Source: the human T2T-CHM13v2.0 reference genome, Homo sapiens
Assembly: GCF_009914755.1 (NCBI RefSeq)
Contig: NC_060941.1
DNA length: 64,000 nucleotides
Strand: one strand, 5' to 3'
A program made the position numbers and the translations under genes. The notes beneath the pieces were generated by a model that saw only the letters and a program-made list of their open reading frames with translations, ran no database searches and was not told the DNA's origin. Within the stretch, counting starts at the first letter, position 1; the number at the start of each line of letters is the position of its first letter. Shown piece by piece: positions 42,863-57,477 of the stretch.

Positions 42863-45270
42863 TAAAATGTTATTTTTCTCTTACACTGCACATTGGAAAT
42901 CAATTCACTTATGCAATGGATTACCCAAATCTCTTCTCCCCATTATGACTGCCTGACATCAGTGTTCATTACAGCCTATACTACAAAGACTGTACAAGGA
43001 AAATGAAAAATAAAACTCAAGCCAATCAACCTTGTTCCTTATTGGCAGAATGAATAAATGATGTGCTAGGGCAAGAGGCTGATAGTAATAGGAGTTCCTG
43101 AATACTCAACTATCTATGTTAGTTCCATTTTCTACTATAATGAACGCAGTAACTAAAAACTGTAAAGTATATGTTTTAGAAGTTCATGAAAATATGTACA
43201 CATTTTATATATCACACACCTTTCACCAGAAGCCATCAAAATTATTTTAGAAAATAATTTCTGACCCATAGTCTGCTCCCTTAGAACACTGTATTTATTT
43301 ATAATAGCACATATTTGCCACAGAGAAACAAATCATTTGTCTTCTTCCATTGTGATGTAAATTTCTTGAGTACAGTTTGCTTTTTCTCTTTATACGCATA
43401 GTGCCTGACATACTATAAGTAGTCAATCAATATTAAATTAAAAAACAAATGAACGAATAACAGACATGGTTCTGTATTAACTTCATACAATGATTCATTA
43501 AAGAAAGGGAAAAACAGTTTGACAATAAGCACCATGTAGGCATTAGGAGCACCAGAACTGGGTTGGAGGCTGCTCCTTTTGTCAGTTCCCACGTCTAGCC
43601 ACAGGCTCAAAAGTTAGTTCCCATATGGCAGTAGCTCTTGAACTCTCTCAAGTGAAGAGTCTGTAGAAGACCTCTTCCTTCAGGGCTTTTAAAATATGCA
43701 GGACCCTAGGTAAAAAGCGTTTTCCTTCAGGTTGAAGGTGGTTTGTTCATTCTTTCAGATGCTTATTGTGTGCTTATTTTGTACCATGTGTAATACTAAA
43801 CCCTGATTGAAGGCATCTGTGCCTTTCACACTCCTGTGTCACCATTAGCTAGCATGAGGGAAATCTCAGAGTTTCCTAATAAAGGAAAGGAAAAAAAAAA
43901 AAAGAAAGAAAGTAGTTATGAAGAACAAACATATTTATCAAAAACATTAAAATCTCAAGTGGCCATCTTACTTTTCACAAGAATAGACCTGCCTTGAAGC
44001 TATTGTAGAAGTTAATTAAAAACATCCCTACCCATTGAAAGCTTTGACTGAAAATGTCTTTAAAGTTGCACTAAAAAAACATCAAATACAGCAAAAAATA
44101 TTGAACACTCTTTCTCTTGGTCACCACTCACGCTCTTGCGCACTCTCTCTCTCTGTTTTTAACTGCTCACTTCTCATAGGATAGATTTCTCTAGCCACCT
44201 CACTAGGAATCAAAGCACAAAATGAAAGGTCATTCTGACTACTGTCCAAACTGAGATTTTTAAAAATTCATCTTCAAAAGACTGAAAAATATATTTTCCT
44301 GACTCTATTCCTGGATTTAAAAGGATATAGATAAAAACAAGAGACACATAATCTCTCCCTGGCACCCAAAGCACGGAATAGACTGAAACCCTTGTTTATG
44401 TATACTGGAGCAGGTTCATCCTTTAATCAGAAGAAATGCAATTCTTGAATTCAGGCCAAAGCCATAAAATATCCTAGTTCTTCAAAAATGTGAACAATGG
44501 TGAACCAACCTAATTTCAGTATCATAGTAAAGAGCCCAAATATTTAGAAACCAACGTAGTAAAAAAGATTAAAAGGGAATTCTCTGTTTCACAGAATTAG
44601 TGTACTGACTCACTTTCTATTTTTACATTCTCAGTTTTCCTACCTGAAAACGGGTTTAAATTTGCCACTTTGCTCTTGTATAATATATGACACCCTGAAA
44701 TCTTTGAAGGAAAGGGAACAACATAATAGATAACACAATAAATATGATAAAAACAGAAACAGAACACAATAGATAAATATGATAGACACTGATGATGGTA
44801 GTGCTCATGCCACTATACTATGTTGAAATTTTCCTTCTTTAACATAGAAGTTGGTGACATAAATCCAACAATTCTCTTTTCCTCACTTGCCAATGAGTAG
44901 TTTAATTATGGTGAAAACGGAAAGGACGCATCAGACCAGAGATTAGATTGCTGAAATAACCCACGAGCCCTCTAAAAAAAGAGCCTAAATTGCAGAATAA
45001 CCTCTGGAGTCAGGTTCACTTGGCATCTGTTAGTGCTTACCAATACATGACAAATGGTTAAGGGTTTTATAACATCCATGATAGAGAACATAGGCAAATC
45101 TTATAAGGCAGATGAAGTTTTTCAAATTCATACAATCATTTAATCTTATAGAGGATAATCCCACCAGGTGAACCAATGGGATTTGTGAGTGTGGGTCTTC
45201 TATAACAAGGACGAGTGTCTTATCTGTAGGACCAAATCAAAACTCTGAGGAGCCTGTTTGAGTATTGTAC

Positions 45271-45474
45271 CTGTGCTGTCCTGGAGTCAGTCACTTCCTT
45301 GTATAGGCTGATATCCAAGTAATAGCCAGACTCGTTTGTCAGGAAGAGGCGGATGGGAATTGCTTTTCCAGTTGGCGTCAGGCGAATGTTGATTTTCAGT
45401 TCTGCCTGGAGGACGCGCAATTTCCACAGGCGACTTCCATACCGCATTACCATGCTCCGCACGGATTCCTCAAT
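45271..45474 (-). CDS. ACACA: ACC1 exon, 204 nt: [25 protein letters not shown]...TDSRTAQ
   Basis: Inside ORF 45220..45501; cAG acceptor, GTACAA donor. Confidence 0.97.
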
Positions 45475-46888
45475 CTGACACAGACACATCACCAAGCACA
45501 AAACTTAAATATCTTCTAACTAAGACCTGTTTCAGGTCTGCTCATATTTGAGAAAGAAGGGGTAAAAAAAAAAAGAGGTTGGTTTGTGGAGATGCACACC
45601 TTACAAAAAGTGGTCAGATAGTTTCTCCCCAAACTATTCTTTCTTGGAACAAGTCAGGGACAATTTCATGCTGGCCTGGCATTTGAGTGGTTTTCTCTCG
45701 ATAATAACACCCAAATCTCTGCAACTCCTTCCCCTTTCCCAATTATATTCATATTCTATATCAAAGATCTGCAGTATCTAAAATTACAAGCCATGGGATT
45801 TAAGAGGAAGCCCCAAATAAGAATAAAATCTCTAGTTAAATAGCTATTAAGTAGCATTTATATGCATGGTAACTATGTTTCACTGCACTTACAGGACTTT
45901 AAATCAACACAGCAATTACCACCATGAGCTTTTTTTCATACAGTTTTATTAAACTTTATAATATATGTCTCTTGGTAAATTGCACAAATTAAAGAAAGGC
46001 AATTTGTAGGTGGTGCTAGAACATTCTCTCTAAACAGAGCTCTGAAGCTTGGCCACTGCTAAGTCCACCTAGGATTTAATAAGATGGGGCAGATGTTCCC
46101 ACATTTCTCTAAGTTTATACCAAGGCAGCTTAATGCTCTTAGTTTTTAGGGGTAGGACAGTTATTTTAACTAAATGGCCTTAGACATGATTTCTTGTTAT
46201 TTACATGCTAAAGCAAAACTTTTTTTCCCCAACATGGCTGCACAGAACATAATGCAGCTAGAACATGCTATTCGAACTTAATGTATCCTTAAATGAAGTA
46301 TCTTTCTAAAATGCTTCCTCAACTTCTTAGAAAATCTCAAGAATATCTTACATTCCCTTTCTCTTGTGGTTCTTTAGTAGCATGTGCCACCCTTGCAGTT
46401 TGTTTCTGCACCACAAAATTTTAAGTTAGAATGAATTTCAGGGAGTTAACCTCTCTATTATCATACTTGCTTGTTAACCAAGAGATATTTACCCATTCTT
46501 TTCTTGAGGGAACAAAAGCCAACAATCTTTATGTACAGAAAATTGGCAGCTATCTATCATTAGAAAAGCAGAGCCAGTGTATATGGGTGGTTAGAATGAA
46601 AGCAGAGGCTGATCTGAAAAACTCAGAGAAAAGGTAAGCCAAATCTAAAAAAAAATACAGCTGTACAGTGTCCATGCCATGTTTTAAGTTTCCCAGCTTA
46701 TTAGTCCCAGAATGCTTAGGAGAAGTTTTGCTTAAACTAGATGATGAGATTTGAGTCAAATGAGTAGCCCTGTCCTTGGCGTTCCTTACAAACTAAAGCA
46801 ACCCATCATTAGCTTGGAATTTTTAAGGGAAAAAGGTAGAAAACTACTTCTCAGATCTCAGATACTAAGTTCAAGAAGCAAAAGTCTA

Positions 46889-47098
<210 letters not shown>

Positions 47099-47140
47099 CT
47101 ATCCAAATTCCACAGTATCATGATAGAAAGAGTTAGAAGG

Positions 47141-47447
47141 GGCCAGGCACGGTGGCTCACACCTGTAATCCCAGCACTTTGGGAGGCTGAGGCAGGCAGA
47201 TTACTTGAGGTCAGGAGTTGGAGACCAGCCTGACTAACATGGTGAAACCCCGTTTCTACTAAAAATACAAAAATTAGCCGGGCGTGGTGGCACATGCCTA
47301 TAGTCCCTGCTACTCGGGGAGGCTGAAGCATGACAGTCTCTTGAACCTGGGAGGTGGAGGTTGCAATGAGCTGAGATGGTGCCACTGCTTCAGCCTGGGC
47401 AACAGAGCGAGACTCTGTCTCAACAAAAAAAAAAAGAAAGAAAGAAA
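47141..47447 (+). mobile_element. AluS
   Basis: TSD-like agaaagagttaga / agaaagcgttaga. Confidence 0.9.
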
Positions 47448-48113
47448 GCGTTAGAGGGAGCAGAAACAGAGAGCAGCCTGTCTTTATTACACTTGGGATA
47501 AAAGGTCAAGTACAAAATCACCTTGTTTTTCTTCCTTAAATTATATAGAATGCATTTCAGAATAGACCCTCAGGGAAGAAAATATACATAATACATGAGA
47601 AATTCCTTATCAGCCAAATTCTCTCCCTGTGGAAAAACACTAAAGAGAGATAGGTTAGACACTTTGAGAAGGTGCATTATCTCACTAAGGCCACCAGGTG
47701 ATTAACATTTAGTGCACAGAAGCAGTAATTTAGCCAAAATGCTTAGTAACAGTAAAATTAATAATTCCAGATGAGAAATAGTAGGGAATAATACAAAACA
47801 GGACCACTATTATGGCAAATATAAAATAGGTACCAACAAAAGAAAATGTTTTCATGTTTTTGTACTGCTTATAAGTGACCAGCAAGCTAACACCAAAACC
47901 TTCAGTTTTGAGAACTGTTTTTTCAATGGCTATATCAAATTTTTGACACTGTCCCAGAAACTCAATCTTATAAACATTCTATAAACTTTACAGATTAAGG
48001 GCTCAACAGCCTGAACAAGGAGTACCTGTTTCCAAGTCCAAGTGAGATAAATATGAATGAACTTCTGTGCTTATGCTTGCTAGTGCTGGGAGAGAAGCTA
48101 AGGAGAAATGTAC

Positions 48114-48269
48114 CTTTGATGGGTCCATGATAACCGTGGGCACAAAGTTGAGGAAGATGTGGTTACAGTCAGTGCGGACATTTGTATTGTTAAAAGCAAC
48201 TTCCAACTCATCCATGGCTTCCAGGAGTAGCCGCTCCCCTTCATTTTGCAGATATTCAAAAGAAGCTTC
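48114..48269 (-). CDS. ACACA: ACC1 exon, 156 nt: [26 protein letters not shown]...VIMDPSK
   Basis: Overlaps ORF 48003..48215; tAG acceptor, GTACAT donor. Confidence 0.97.
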
Positions 48270-49083
48270 CTATACAGGAAGAAAATAATCAACATTAATG
48301 TAGTTTAAAAGAGGCAATAAAGAAATGGCTATTATAATCACTTAAGCAGCAGTATATCATGAATCATAAGGCACTTGGTGAAGAGATTGTTTATCTTTCT
48401 CCCTAGAGTCAGTCCAGTAACCACAGGGAGCAGGGGCAGGAAAGGGCCAGATAAAGAGTCCATGTCAGCCCTTCCTCCTTACTTTTAGTGCATCATTCCC
48501 TTCCAAGAGGTAGAAATACTGGGCATCCCCATAGCTGTAAGTTCAATAGGATGATATTTCACATATGCCAAACAGAGCTATTTAGAAAGGAAAAGCTGAA
48601 GAAAGGGTACGGCTATGGGATATAATAATAATGAACACATCAGGAAGTGCCTTGCTATATACAGACACTACCCATACTTCTAGACAGGTGTACAATGGGA
48701 TCACCTCTTTCCTAACTTATCTCCTTATGCTCTACCATCACCCAATTCTTCCTGTGATTTTTCTGTTTGTATGCTTTTTCTTTTCTTGAGTGTTATTATG
48801 CTTCTGCTACCAAGAAAAATCAAATTAAAGTGGAAAAAGAGCCTTCATTTTTTATTTTTTTTCAGATGCACTTTCTGCTTTGTAAAAAAAAAAAAGCCTT
48901 TATTATATGAAATATTTACTTTTGTAAACATTGAAATAGAACAAGAACCTTGATTCAAAAAATGAAAACCTGATCTTTTTTTTATGTTCTCTCTCAGCAG
49001 AAGCATAATACCTAATTTTGAATCATATCTATTATTCTGTCCCTTCCCTCAGGGATAACATCCCATTAAAGTACAGCACCCAC

Positions 49084-49299
49084 CTTGGTGACCAGATCAG
49101 AATGCCTGATGATTGCACGAACAAAGAACCTGTAGTCTGTCACTTCTGTGCCCACTTCCACCTTGGCTGCCCCGAGATACAGGTGCATCTTGTGATTAGC
49201 ACATGGAATGGCAGTGAGGTCAAAATTTCTCATCCGGTTCAGCTCTAACTGGAAAGCCAGAGCAGGCTCCAGATGACGATAGATACGATCCTCCTCAAA
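49084..49299 (-). CDS. ACACA: ACC1 exon, 216 nt: [20 protein letters not shown]...[10 protein letters not shown]
   Basis: Inside ORF 49066..49332; cAG acceptor, GTGGGT donor. Confidence 0.97.
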
Positions 49300-50367
49300 C
49301 TGAGTACAAGAATCAGAGAAAAAACAGCTCACAAGAGGCAGTTACAAAATTATACTATGAATGTGAATGTAAAAGAGATGCCTGAAAATAGAAACATAAG
49401 CTATGATGTGCTAATGAGCAACAAAAATGAGCTACATTCAAGGCTAATGCTACAGCTTACATAAGATTAGGCACTAAAGTACCTATTATATAGGTACTTT
49501 ATAGGATGATATTCCTAAACTTTCATCATTTATGATTTTACAAGTGGTGATGATATACATGAAAAACAAACAAAAAATCCTCAATTTCCTTAGAACTCCT
49601 ACAACATTTAATGTCTTTATATAATTCATTTTTATATTAATTACAGGCTGCTTCACATTAATATCTACTTCACATGCCAATGTTTTGAGCTTACCCAACT
49701 AATCTAAAAATTTTCTCACTTATGATAAGTACAAAGGACATAATAAATACTCAACAAAGAAACATCATACAATTTTTTAATTAAAGAGATATTTGGCTTT
49801 GGAACACTATATCCATAGATATATAATTACTTATATATGTTTTTTAAAAGTTGTATTAGTATATAACTTTACTGTATTTACTGTATATGTACTGTATGTT
49901 TCAGTGAAACTAAAGTATTTTTCTGGAATACATGTCAATTGAGTGAATGGAGAGAGAGAGTCAAATATATAAGCCGGTAACAGGAAGAAAGCAACATGGT
50001 CTGAAGTTTTGTATTTTAAAATTGAAAAACAAATTCACATAAAGTAGAGTTGAGTATCAGTGAACTATTTGTAGATAACAAGAATGGTCCTTTAATATCA
50101 CATCATTAGGATCATTCTACAGGACAAGGATGATTTGGAAAGGTATCACCTTCGTTGAGTAGCTCAATACATTTGGTTGTTTCCCAAACCAAACCCTTTC
50201 AGAAAGGAATTGGCTTTAGTTCTAAGACACATGTAAGGCAACAGGAAGCACAAGTTCAATAAGAGAAAAAAGAATGGCAAGAAGAACGTATGGCAAAGAT
50301 AAGCCGCTCTTGGGCTTTTAAGAAAAAGTAATTTTTTTTTTTAAATAGGAAAGAAATCAATCCTTAC

Positions 50368-50409
50368 CTTATCCCTTGCTCGGAATGTAAAAAATTTAGG
50401 GAATTCTCT
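50368..50409 (-). CDS. ACACA: ACC1 exon, 42 nt: REFPKFFTFRARDK
   Basis: tacAG acceptor, GTAAGG donor, phase 0-0. Confidence 0.94.
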
Positions 50410-53400
50410 CTGTATTAAAGAAGGGGGAAAAATGTGTCAGTAGTTCATAGACATGGCTCTTTGAGAACAAACAGTATAGAAACAGTTAAGCATTTAGAAG
50501 ACAGTTTTCTAGAAAAACATGCTTCTTACCTAAGCTTAGTCCAGGAAATATATATGAATGATCCTCCGCATAACCATCACTTTGACCCCATTTCCAAATT
50601 TGAGAATCACCACATTATAAACCTAATTTTAGTATCTACCCTCTCCCAGGGGAAAAAAAATGTATGAATTTTTTAAATCTCCCAAGTGAAAAAAATTTTT
50701 TTGCTAGGTATTGCTCTTGGCACAACCCAGCAAATAAAACCAATATACCCTTGTGCCACAGTCACTGCAATAGTAGTTAATGGACTGATTTCCCAAGTTA
50801 CTCTTTAAGAAACTCTTAAAATATAAACTACTCAGACAGTATAGAGTGCTCAGTCCATGATTTTCACATTTATTCTCAAGTCAATAATGTCAAGGGTTTA
50901 AATGATAACATTTGAAGATGAAGAAAAATATAAGATTCTACCTTGGTCACTACCACTATATGTATAGGAAAGAATAAGGTTAGAACTAGTGAACTTGTAA
51001 TCATTAGGTCTTCCTGCTTTTTTGTAGGGCATTATACAAAAAAAAACCCAATTTACTAGAACCTTATTAATTAACAAAGATGAATTCAATTAGCAGAGTT
51101 CATTAGTTTCTGAAATTTAACTTACCAATGCCAAATACCCCTGTTTCTCGGATGGGAAGCTCTACTGGCAGTGCTGGAATCAAATCATTACTATTTGCCT
51201 CTATAGGAGGTTTCATTAGGCATCTTCTTCATTATGAGTGCAATATAATCAAACACTTATCAGTACAAGGCAGAGAGACCGGGACTAGCTGCCTACACAT
51301 CCTCAATGAGCTTTAGGAAATGTGAAGGAAACATGGACTGAAAATCTTCTGGTGGCAGGTACTCTCATGTGTTGTCCTATCTGATGCTCTCAACAACCTC
51401 TAGGGGTAGATATTGTGACCCTCATCTTGCAGAAGCCTTGGCTCAAGTATATGCTCAGAATCACAGAGCTGGAAGATAAACTTGGGTCTCTCTAGTGCCA
51501 GAGCCCATGCCCTCTGATCTCTCAAGGGCAGAGTATTACCTTTCTCTTTTTATTATAATCTAAATTCCTCATTTAGAGGATTTCTCTTTGATGAGACAAA
51601 AACACAGAAATTAAGACTTTAAATTTAAAAAGCAGAAAGCAAACAAAGCAAAACTCATGCTGTAAACCTGTGGTTCTTGAATTTCCTGAAAATTTCTTGA
51701 ATACGTTCCATAAGTGTTACACCTCACTCTCACCTTAACTAAAGCTTGCACAGTTAATAAATCTTTTTATCTTTTCCTTGGTATTTTAACTGTAAGACTG
51801 CATTTAAAAGGTTCCTAGGAGCTCATTTACCAACCTCAGGGAAATCCTTTTTTAAAAGCCTTTTTAAAGTGGATTTTACACAGGACTGAACTTCTCCTCA
51901 AGTTTTGTTCTAAATAATTCTCTGACACCCCCCCCACCCGTTATGAGAGTGAAGCACATAGGACTGACTTCAAGGTTAAGTAAGATGCATTCAGCTGAGG
52001 TGTCGATAAATATCATGCTCATGGTTTTATATAACCTAGTTTTGGTTTTATTCTAGTGAGGTACAGCTTTCAGAGCATTACCTAAAAAGTAACAAATGTC
52101 AAAAAAGGAAGAATGACAAAATCTTTCCATGGAACTCTCTGAAAGAAAAGTCAAGGAAAGTGATAATATGATATTTTACGCACACACTTTTCTATTCCGC
52201 CTTAACTATTATTAGCTAATTAATTAAAATGTTTGTTTAGGATGCCATTTATTTAATTATGTACATTTATAGGATCAAAACCATTTCCTTTCAAAAACAA
52301 AACAGTAATAAAAAATGCTTTCTTTTCCACTAAACCAATTAAGAAAATTTGTAGTAACTGAAAGGCATATAAAGCAGTTTGAATGGAAATGCCTTTAATA
52401 CAAATAATGAAGAAACTGACTAATTCTTGGCAGAGGTGGGCAATGACTACCAATTAGAAAAACCACTTTCATTAAGGTTAGCTAAGAAAAGTTGTCATGA
52501 GATCATATAAACAACTTTTTTTTTTTAAACTTCTGAGTAAATTTGTAACTCCCCGGTAAAATCCTCAATTTAAGTATTAAACATTCAGAACAAGAGATGG
52601 CAAGAACCTCTGTGCAATGGAAAAGTGGAACTACTAAGCAATTCTTCAGTGACATGGAAGTCTGAAGACTCTTACAAAAAGTAATCTCTTTTGGCACTCA
52701 AAAACCACAGAATCACAGAAAACACAGAAAAGAAGAAATCTAAAAGTCTGATCCTACAGTTTTAGTAAATTCTTTTATCCTATCTCATCCTCATACTGCC
52801 AGTTTTTCCACTGAAAGCATTCATGCTTATTCCATCATCAATGTATTTGCTTTCCAAGTATTCTACTAGTGTCATGGGCAAATATCATAATTGAATGTAC
52901 ACAAAGAAAAACCCTCTTAGTATTCTGGTACCAAAAAACAAAAGAATGCAACGTTTCACAGGAAGAAATTATGCCCTTGCTGTGTTCTAATCAGCCAACC
53001 ATCATCAAGACAATCAAAATAATTTGCCCAAATTAGCCAATCAAGACACCCCGCAAATCAGAGAATGTGAAAACCTGCAACAAAAAACATCATAGCTGAT
53101 TATGATACTAATAATCGTGTTAAAAACCTAATGAGATGAAGAAATTGGGAGCTTGCTGGTACAATTCTCTTTTACCTCAACATGCTGAGAACTAATTATA
53201 TAGACTGTAATTAAAACAAAAATCCAAACCAACCCTTCTGAAAACTAATAGTTGGTCCACTACCAAACAGAACTATCTTAAAAAAAAAAAGAAAAAAAGA
53301 ACTACTAATTATGATAACTGCTCATATAGTGAGCTCTTCCTTCAAGGTCCAAATAATCCAAAACATTTCATTTTAAAGTGGGAATCACACAATAGTCATA

Positions 53401-55929
53401 AAACAACAACTCTCTCTCGGGAGATATGTAGACCTTTTTTTTAAATCTCATGAAATTTTACAAGAACAAAAGGTAACATTTTATTAACAGATGTAAAACT
53501 GTTTGATTTAGAATCTTATCATGGTTTTAGGACTTAATGGGGGATAAGAAGAAGTCCTGAAAATTTGTATTCCGATGTCCTTAGCCAAACTTTGCTGAAA
53601 AAAATATGGAAAGCTTAAAAAAAAAAAAGCATAATATTATATCCCAATTAGACAGCACTTTCTGCTAAATATTTTGGAATTCCAGACCTAAAATGTGAGT
53701 GAAACTAAGACAGAGTGAGTCAATAAGTTTTAACTAACAGAAAACTGTGGAGTTGCAGTTTAGATAGCTGCAGAAATTCAAGAAGCCTCTTTTCCATTCA
53801 AGACTTTGATCTTTTTTCTTTTTTTTAACATCTTGTCCATTTTTTTCTTTTATTTTTTATTTTCAGATGAACATCATGATCTACTTTATTTTTTCTTAAC
53901 AAGTAGAATATATTTACAAAAAGAGACTTGTTTTTCCTCAAAGTTTCTGTTTAAATATCAAAGTTAGGCAGTTATTCAAATTCCATTATGGGCACTTGAT
54001 TTAATTAGATGGTTATGGAAACAGAGTCAACTCCCAGCCTCCTTAACACTGGTGAAGACTGCTGTCACAGAAATAATCTCCATGCAGTGTCAACGGACTA
54101 GGGTGGCAACAGACACCCTAAAAATGTTTTAAAGCTGTGGGCAGCTATCTGGGACAACTGTGGCTAAACTACGAAGTATTGTAAATGCTTATAGCAATCA
54201 CTGTCATCCAAATCAGTACCTAACAATATACACAGCTCTCTAGCAACCTCTACTCTGGCCCTCATTTGTCTTATTCTGGTTCTGAGGCAATTTGAAAGAC
54301 CAACAACTATATAACAGCACAGCTTGCTTTATTCCACTAACCAATGTGCTTGAATCAAACTTGGTAAACTTCCTCCTCTCCTTGCTCCCTCAAGTGCAAA
54401 TTCTCTCTTCCATTCAATAATATAGGGATTCCACAGCATTGGACAGGGGAGGCTGCATACATCACAGTGGATTATCAAGAAGCCAGAGAGATCAAGGGAT
54501 TCATCTCTGACACTCCCAGAAAGCTTCCTCTTTTTCACAGTACACTAACTATGGGGCAAGCACAATCAGATGACATGACAGAGGCTAAATAAGCATCCTT
54601 CATGAATGTCAAGCTACCATCAGCAAAAGAACTCACAGCAGCACCACGACAGTGACCCCCAGATTTGTACAGTTTCTGCCAACGCTTCCTGGCTAGTGTA
54701 GATCCTGGATTGTATAATAGATTCTGGATGGAGTTCGGTTTAATAGTTGCCCTTGCACCTTGCAAAATCACTTATCATTTTTAAAGGGACTAACATAAAA
54801 ACACCCCAACTCCTCTGCCATTCAATTCTTCAGAGCAAATGCAGTCCTCACTTAAACCTTAATGTTCTCTATGCTCTAAAGCAGCTTTTCCTACACTCAT
54901 GACAAATCAAGTCACTTGATAATTTAAGTGATTTCCCACTTGATGCCACTATAAATAGGAATCAGACAATGATTGTCACGGAAGACCCCCTGCTGGCCTC
55001 ATTTTCTAGCCGATTTTGCCTATACATGTCCCTATTAAACCTAGATCCAGAAATATCAGGACAGCAGAGAGAAAAAAATGTTTTAAAGCTGTTAAGTATA
55101 CTCTTAATACTAGGGCATATTTATAACTATACACTATAGATTCAGAGATAAGAAAGGGTTTTTTTATGTGTTACATATATGAGAAAATGTCAGTGAGAAC
55201 TAATCACTTTGGTTTGCTAAAAATTTTAGTGAACAGTTTTAGTTGATCAGTGTATTTATTATAGAAACCAGTTAGTGTGCTATAGATGTGAAGATTCCAT
55301 CTAATCCATTAGCAAAAAGGAAAACAATTTTACAAATTTAGTGTTATTCCCTAGAATATGCTGTTATTCTAAAGTCGGTGATAAAAAGCACAGTAACATT
55401 TAAGAACCTAGCACAATACTCTTCTAAAATCCAGGGCCTGGCTCTGGCATGTCTACCTTAGTTCTGATCAGCATCTACCAGCCACAGTGTTTATCCATGG
55501 GCTTTCATATTCTATCCCAAAGTATCAATTTTATTCTCTAAGCTCCTGATTTTTCTTCCTAAAGCCCTAGGGTTCTTTTTAAGCTCCTCATACTTCTCCA
55601 CTGACTCCGTTTCCTATCTAAAGTTATTGATTGACATATATCTACACTCTGCTTGATTTCCTGACATCAATAACACAGGGGAGTCATGCAGTCCACAACA
55701 TTTCCTAAAGCATTTCAGAAAATCTTAGCTCTCTTGTTTCTCTATAGACTAGACCAACAAGGTGAACTGTATGAAGGAAAACAAAATGTCAAGTCTTGAA
55801 AACCTAATAAACAAAAAGGTAATAAAAGCAATCACACATAGGTCCTTGAGTTTAGAAAGTCCTTTCCAGAATCTCAAGTGCCATCTTCATTGTTGCAAAC
55901 AAGCAAGGCTTAACAACCAAATTATCTTA

Positions 55930-56281
<352 letters not shown>

Positions 56282-56876
56282 CTAGAATCTTAGTTAGCTA
56301 CATTAGAATCAATTTTTATGAAATATTTTGATTATAATCAGTCATTTTGAAAACAACATATTGATTCCAAACTGGATTTCTGGCCTTACTGTTGTCACTG
56401 TACTGGGTATGATCATACGGGTATACCATAGTTTGGATGCCAGGCTATTAACTTAATTCTCTTTTCAATAAAAATTTTAATCTCATAAATATTAACAGTT
56501 AATTCAGTTAAATGGGAGAATAAGCAACAGAGTGTTTAATTTTTACTTATTTCCTGTTCCTACGATTAACATAAGACAAAAAATAGCAACTTGGCTCTAT
56601 CAAGGCATTTTAAATAATAAATCATTGTTCTTTAGAATTGAGACTTCTCAATAAAGAATCCAAGACCACAAAATGCAACTGGCTGTCCTTGATTATTGAT
56701 TCACTATAAGCACAGAAGAAATTACTAGTTAGCTTGTTTCTACCTTATTTATCTGGATAAATGCTTATGTTCATTCTTAACTATTTCTCAGAGATATATT
56801 GAGAATTCATTATAGGGTTAAAAAAAAAAAGAAGAAAACCTTTAGCTGGAACACTTGATATAAGAATTAAAAAAAA

Positions 56877-56988
56877 TTTTTTTTTAATTAATAGAGGACT
56901 GGGTCTCATTATGTTGCCCAGGCTCATCTCAAACTTGTGGGCTCAAGCAATTTTCCTGACTCAGCCTCCCAAAGTGCTGGGATTACAG
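56877..56988 (-). mobile_element. FLAM-like monomer
   Basis: Left-arm sequence only. Confidence 0.8.
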
Positions 56989-57132
56989 AGAACTGAATAT
57001 TTATTATAATAATTTCTAAAAGAAGAAGGATCAAATATCAGTCCAGCCCTTCTAACATATATTCTGGTTAAATAATCAGTGGCAGACAAATAAAACAGTA
57101 AGTAATCTTTCATTATTGTTCATTTTACTTAC

Positions 57133-57177
57133 ATGAAATCTCCGATCCACCTCATAGTTGACCTGCTTTCTGAAATC
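57133..57177 (-). CDS. ACACA: ACC1 exon, 45 nt: DFRKQVNYEVDRRFH
   Basis: Long polypyrimidine tract with aAG acceptor, GTAAGT donor, phase 0-0. Confidence 0.93.
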
Positions 57178-57420
57178 CTTTCAAATAAAAGAGAGAAAGG
57201 AAGGAAAGACAGCAGAAGTTGGCAATTAGTAACAAAATCAAAAAGAAATTGAGTAAAAGATGATGAGTTAAACTAATGTTTTTTAAAAATGAAACTTACA
57301 GAAAAGTGGTTATTTCTCTGCATAAATCCTATTAGTAAGTATAAGATTACAATCCCATTTTTATTAAGTTGTAGCAGCAGCATAAGAAATATTAAAGAGG
57401 TACAATTCACATGTCAGTAC

Positions 57421-57477
57421 CTTTTGTGCAACCAGGAAAGTAAGGCGCCGGATCCCATGGTCAACCAGGGTAGCTTT
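57421..57477 (-). CDS. ACACA: ACC1 exon, 57 nt: KATLVDHGIRRLTFLVAQK
   Basis: ctAG acceptor, GTACTG donor, phase 0-0. Confidence 0.95.

Noticed and set aside
46283-46293. GTATCCTT U12-type donor motif
   Set aside because: On the + strand, opposite ACACA, with no associated exon
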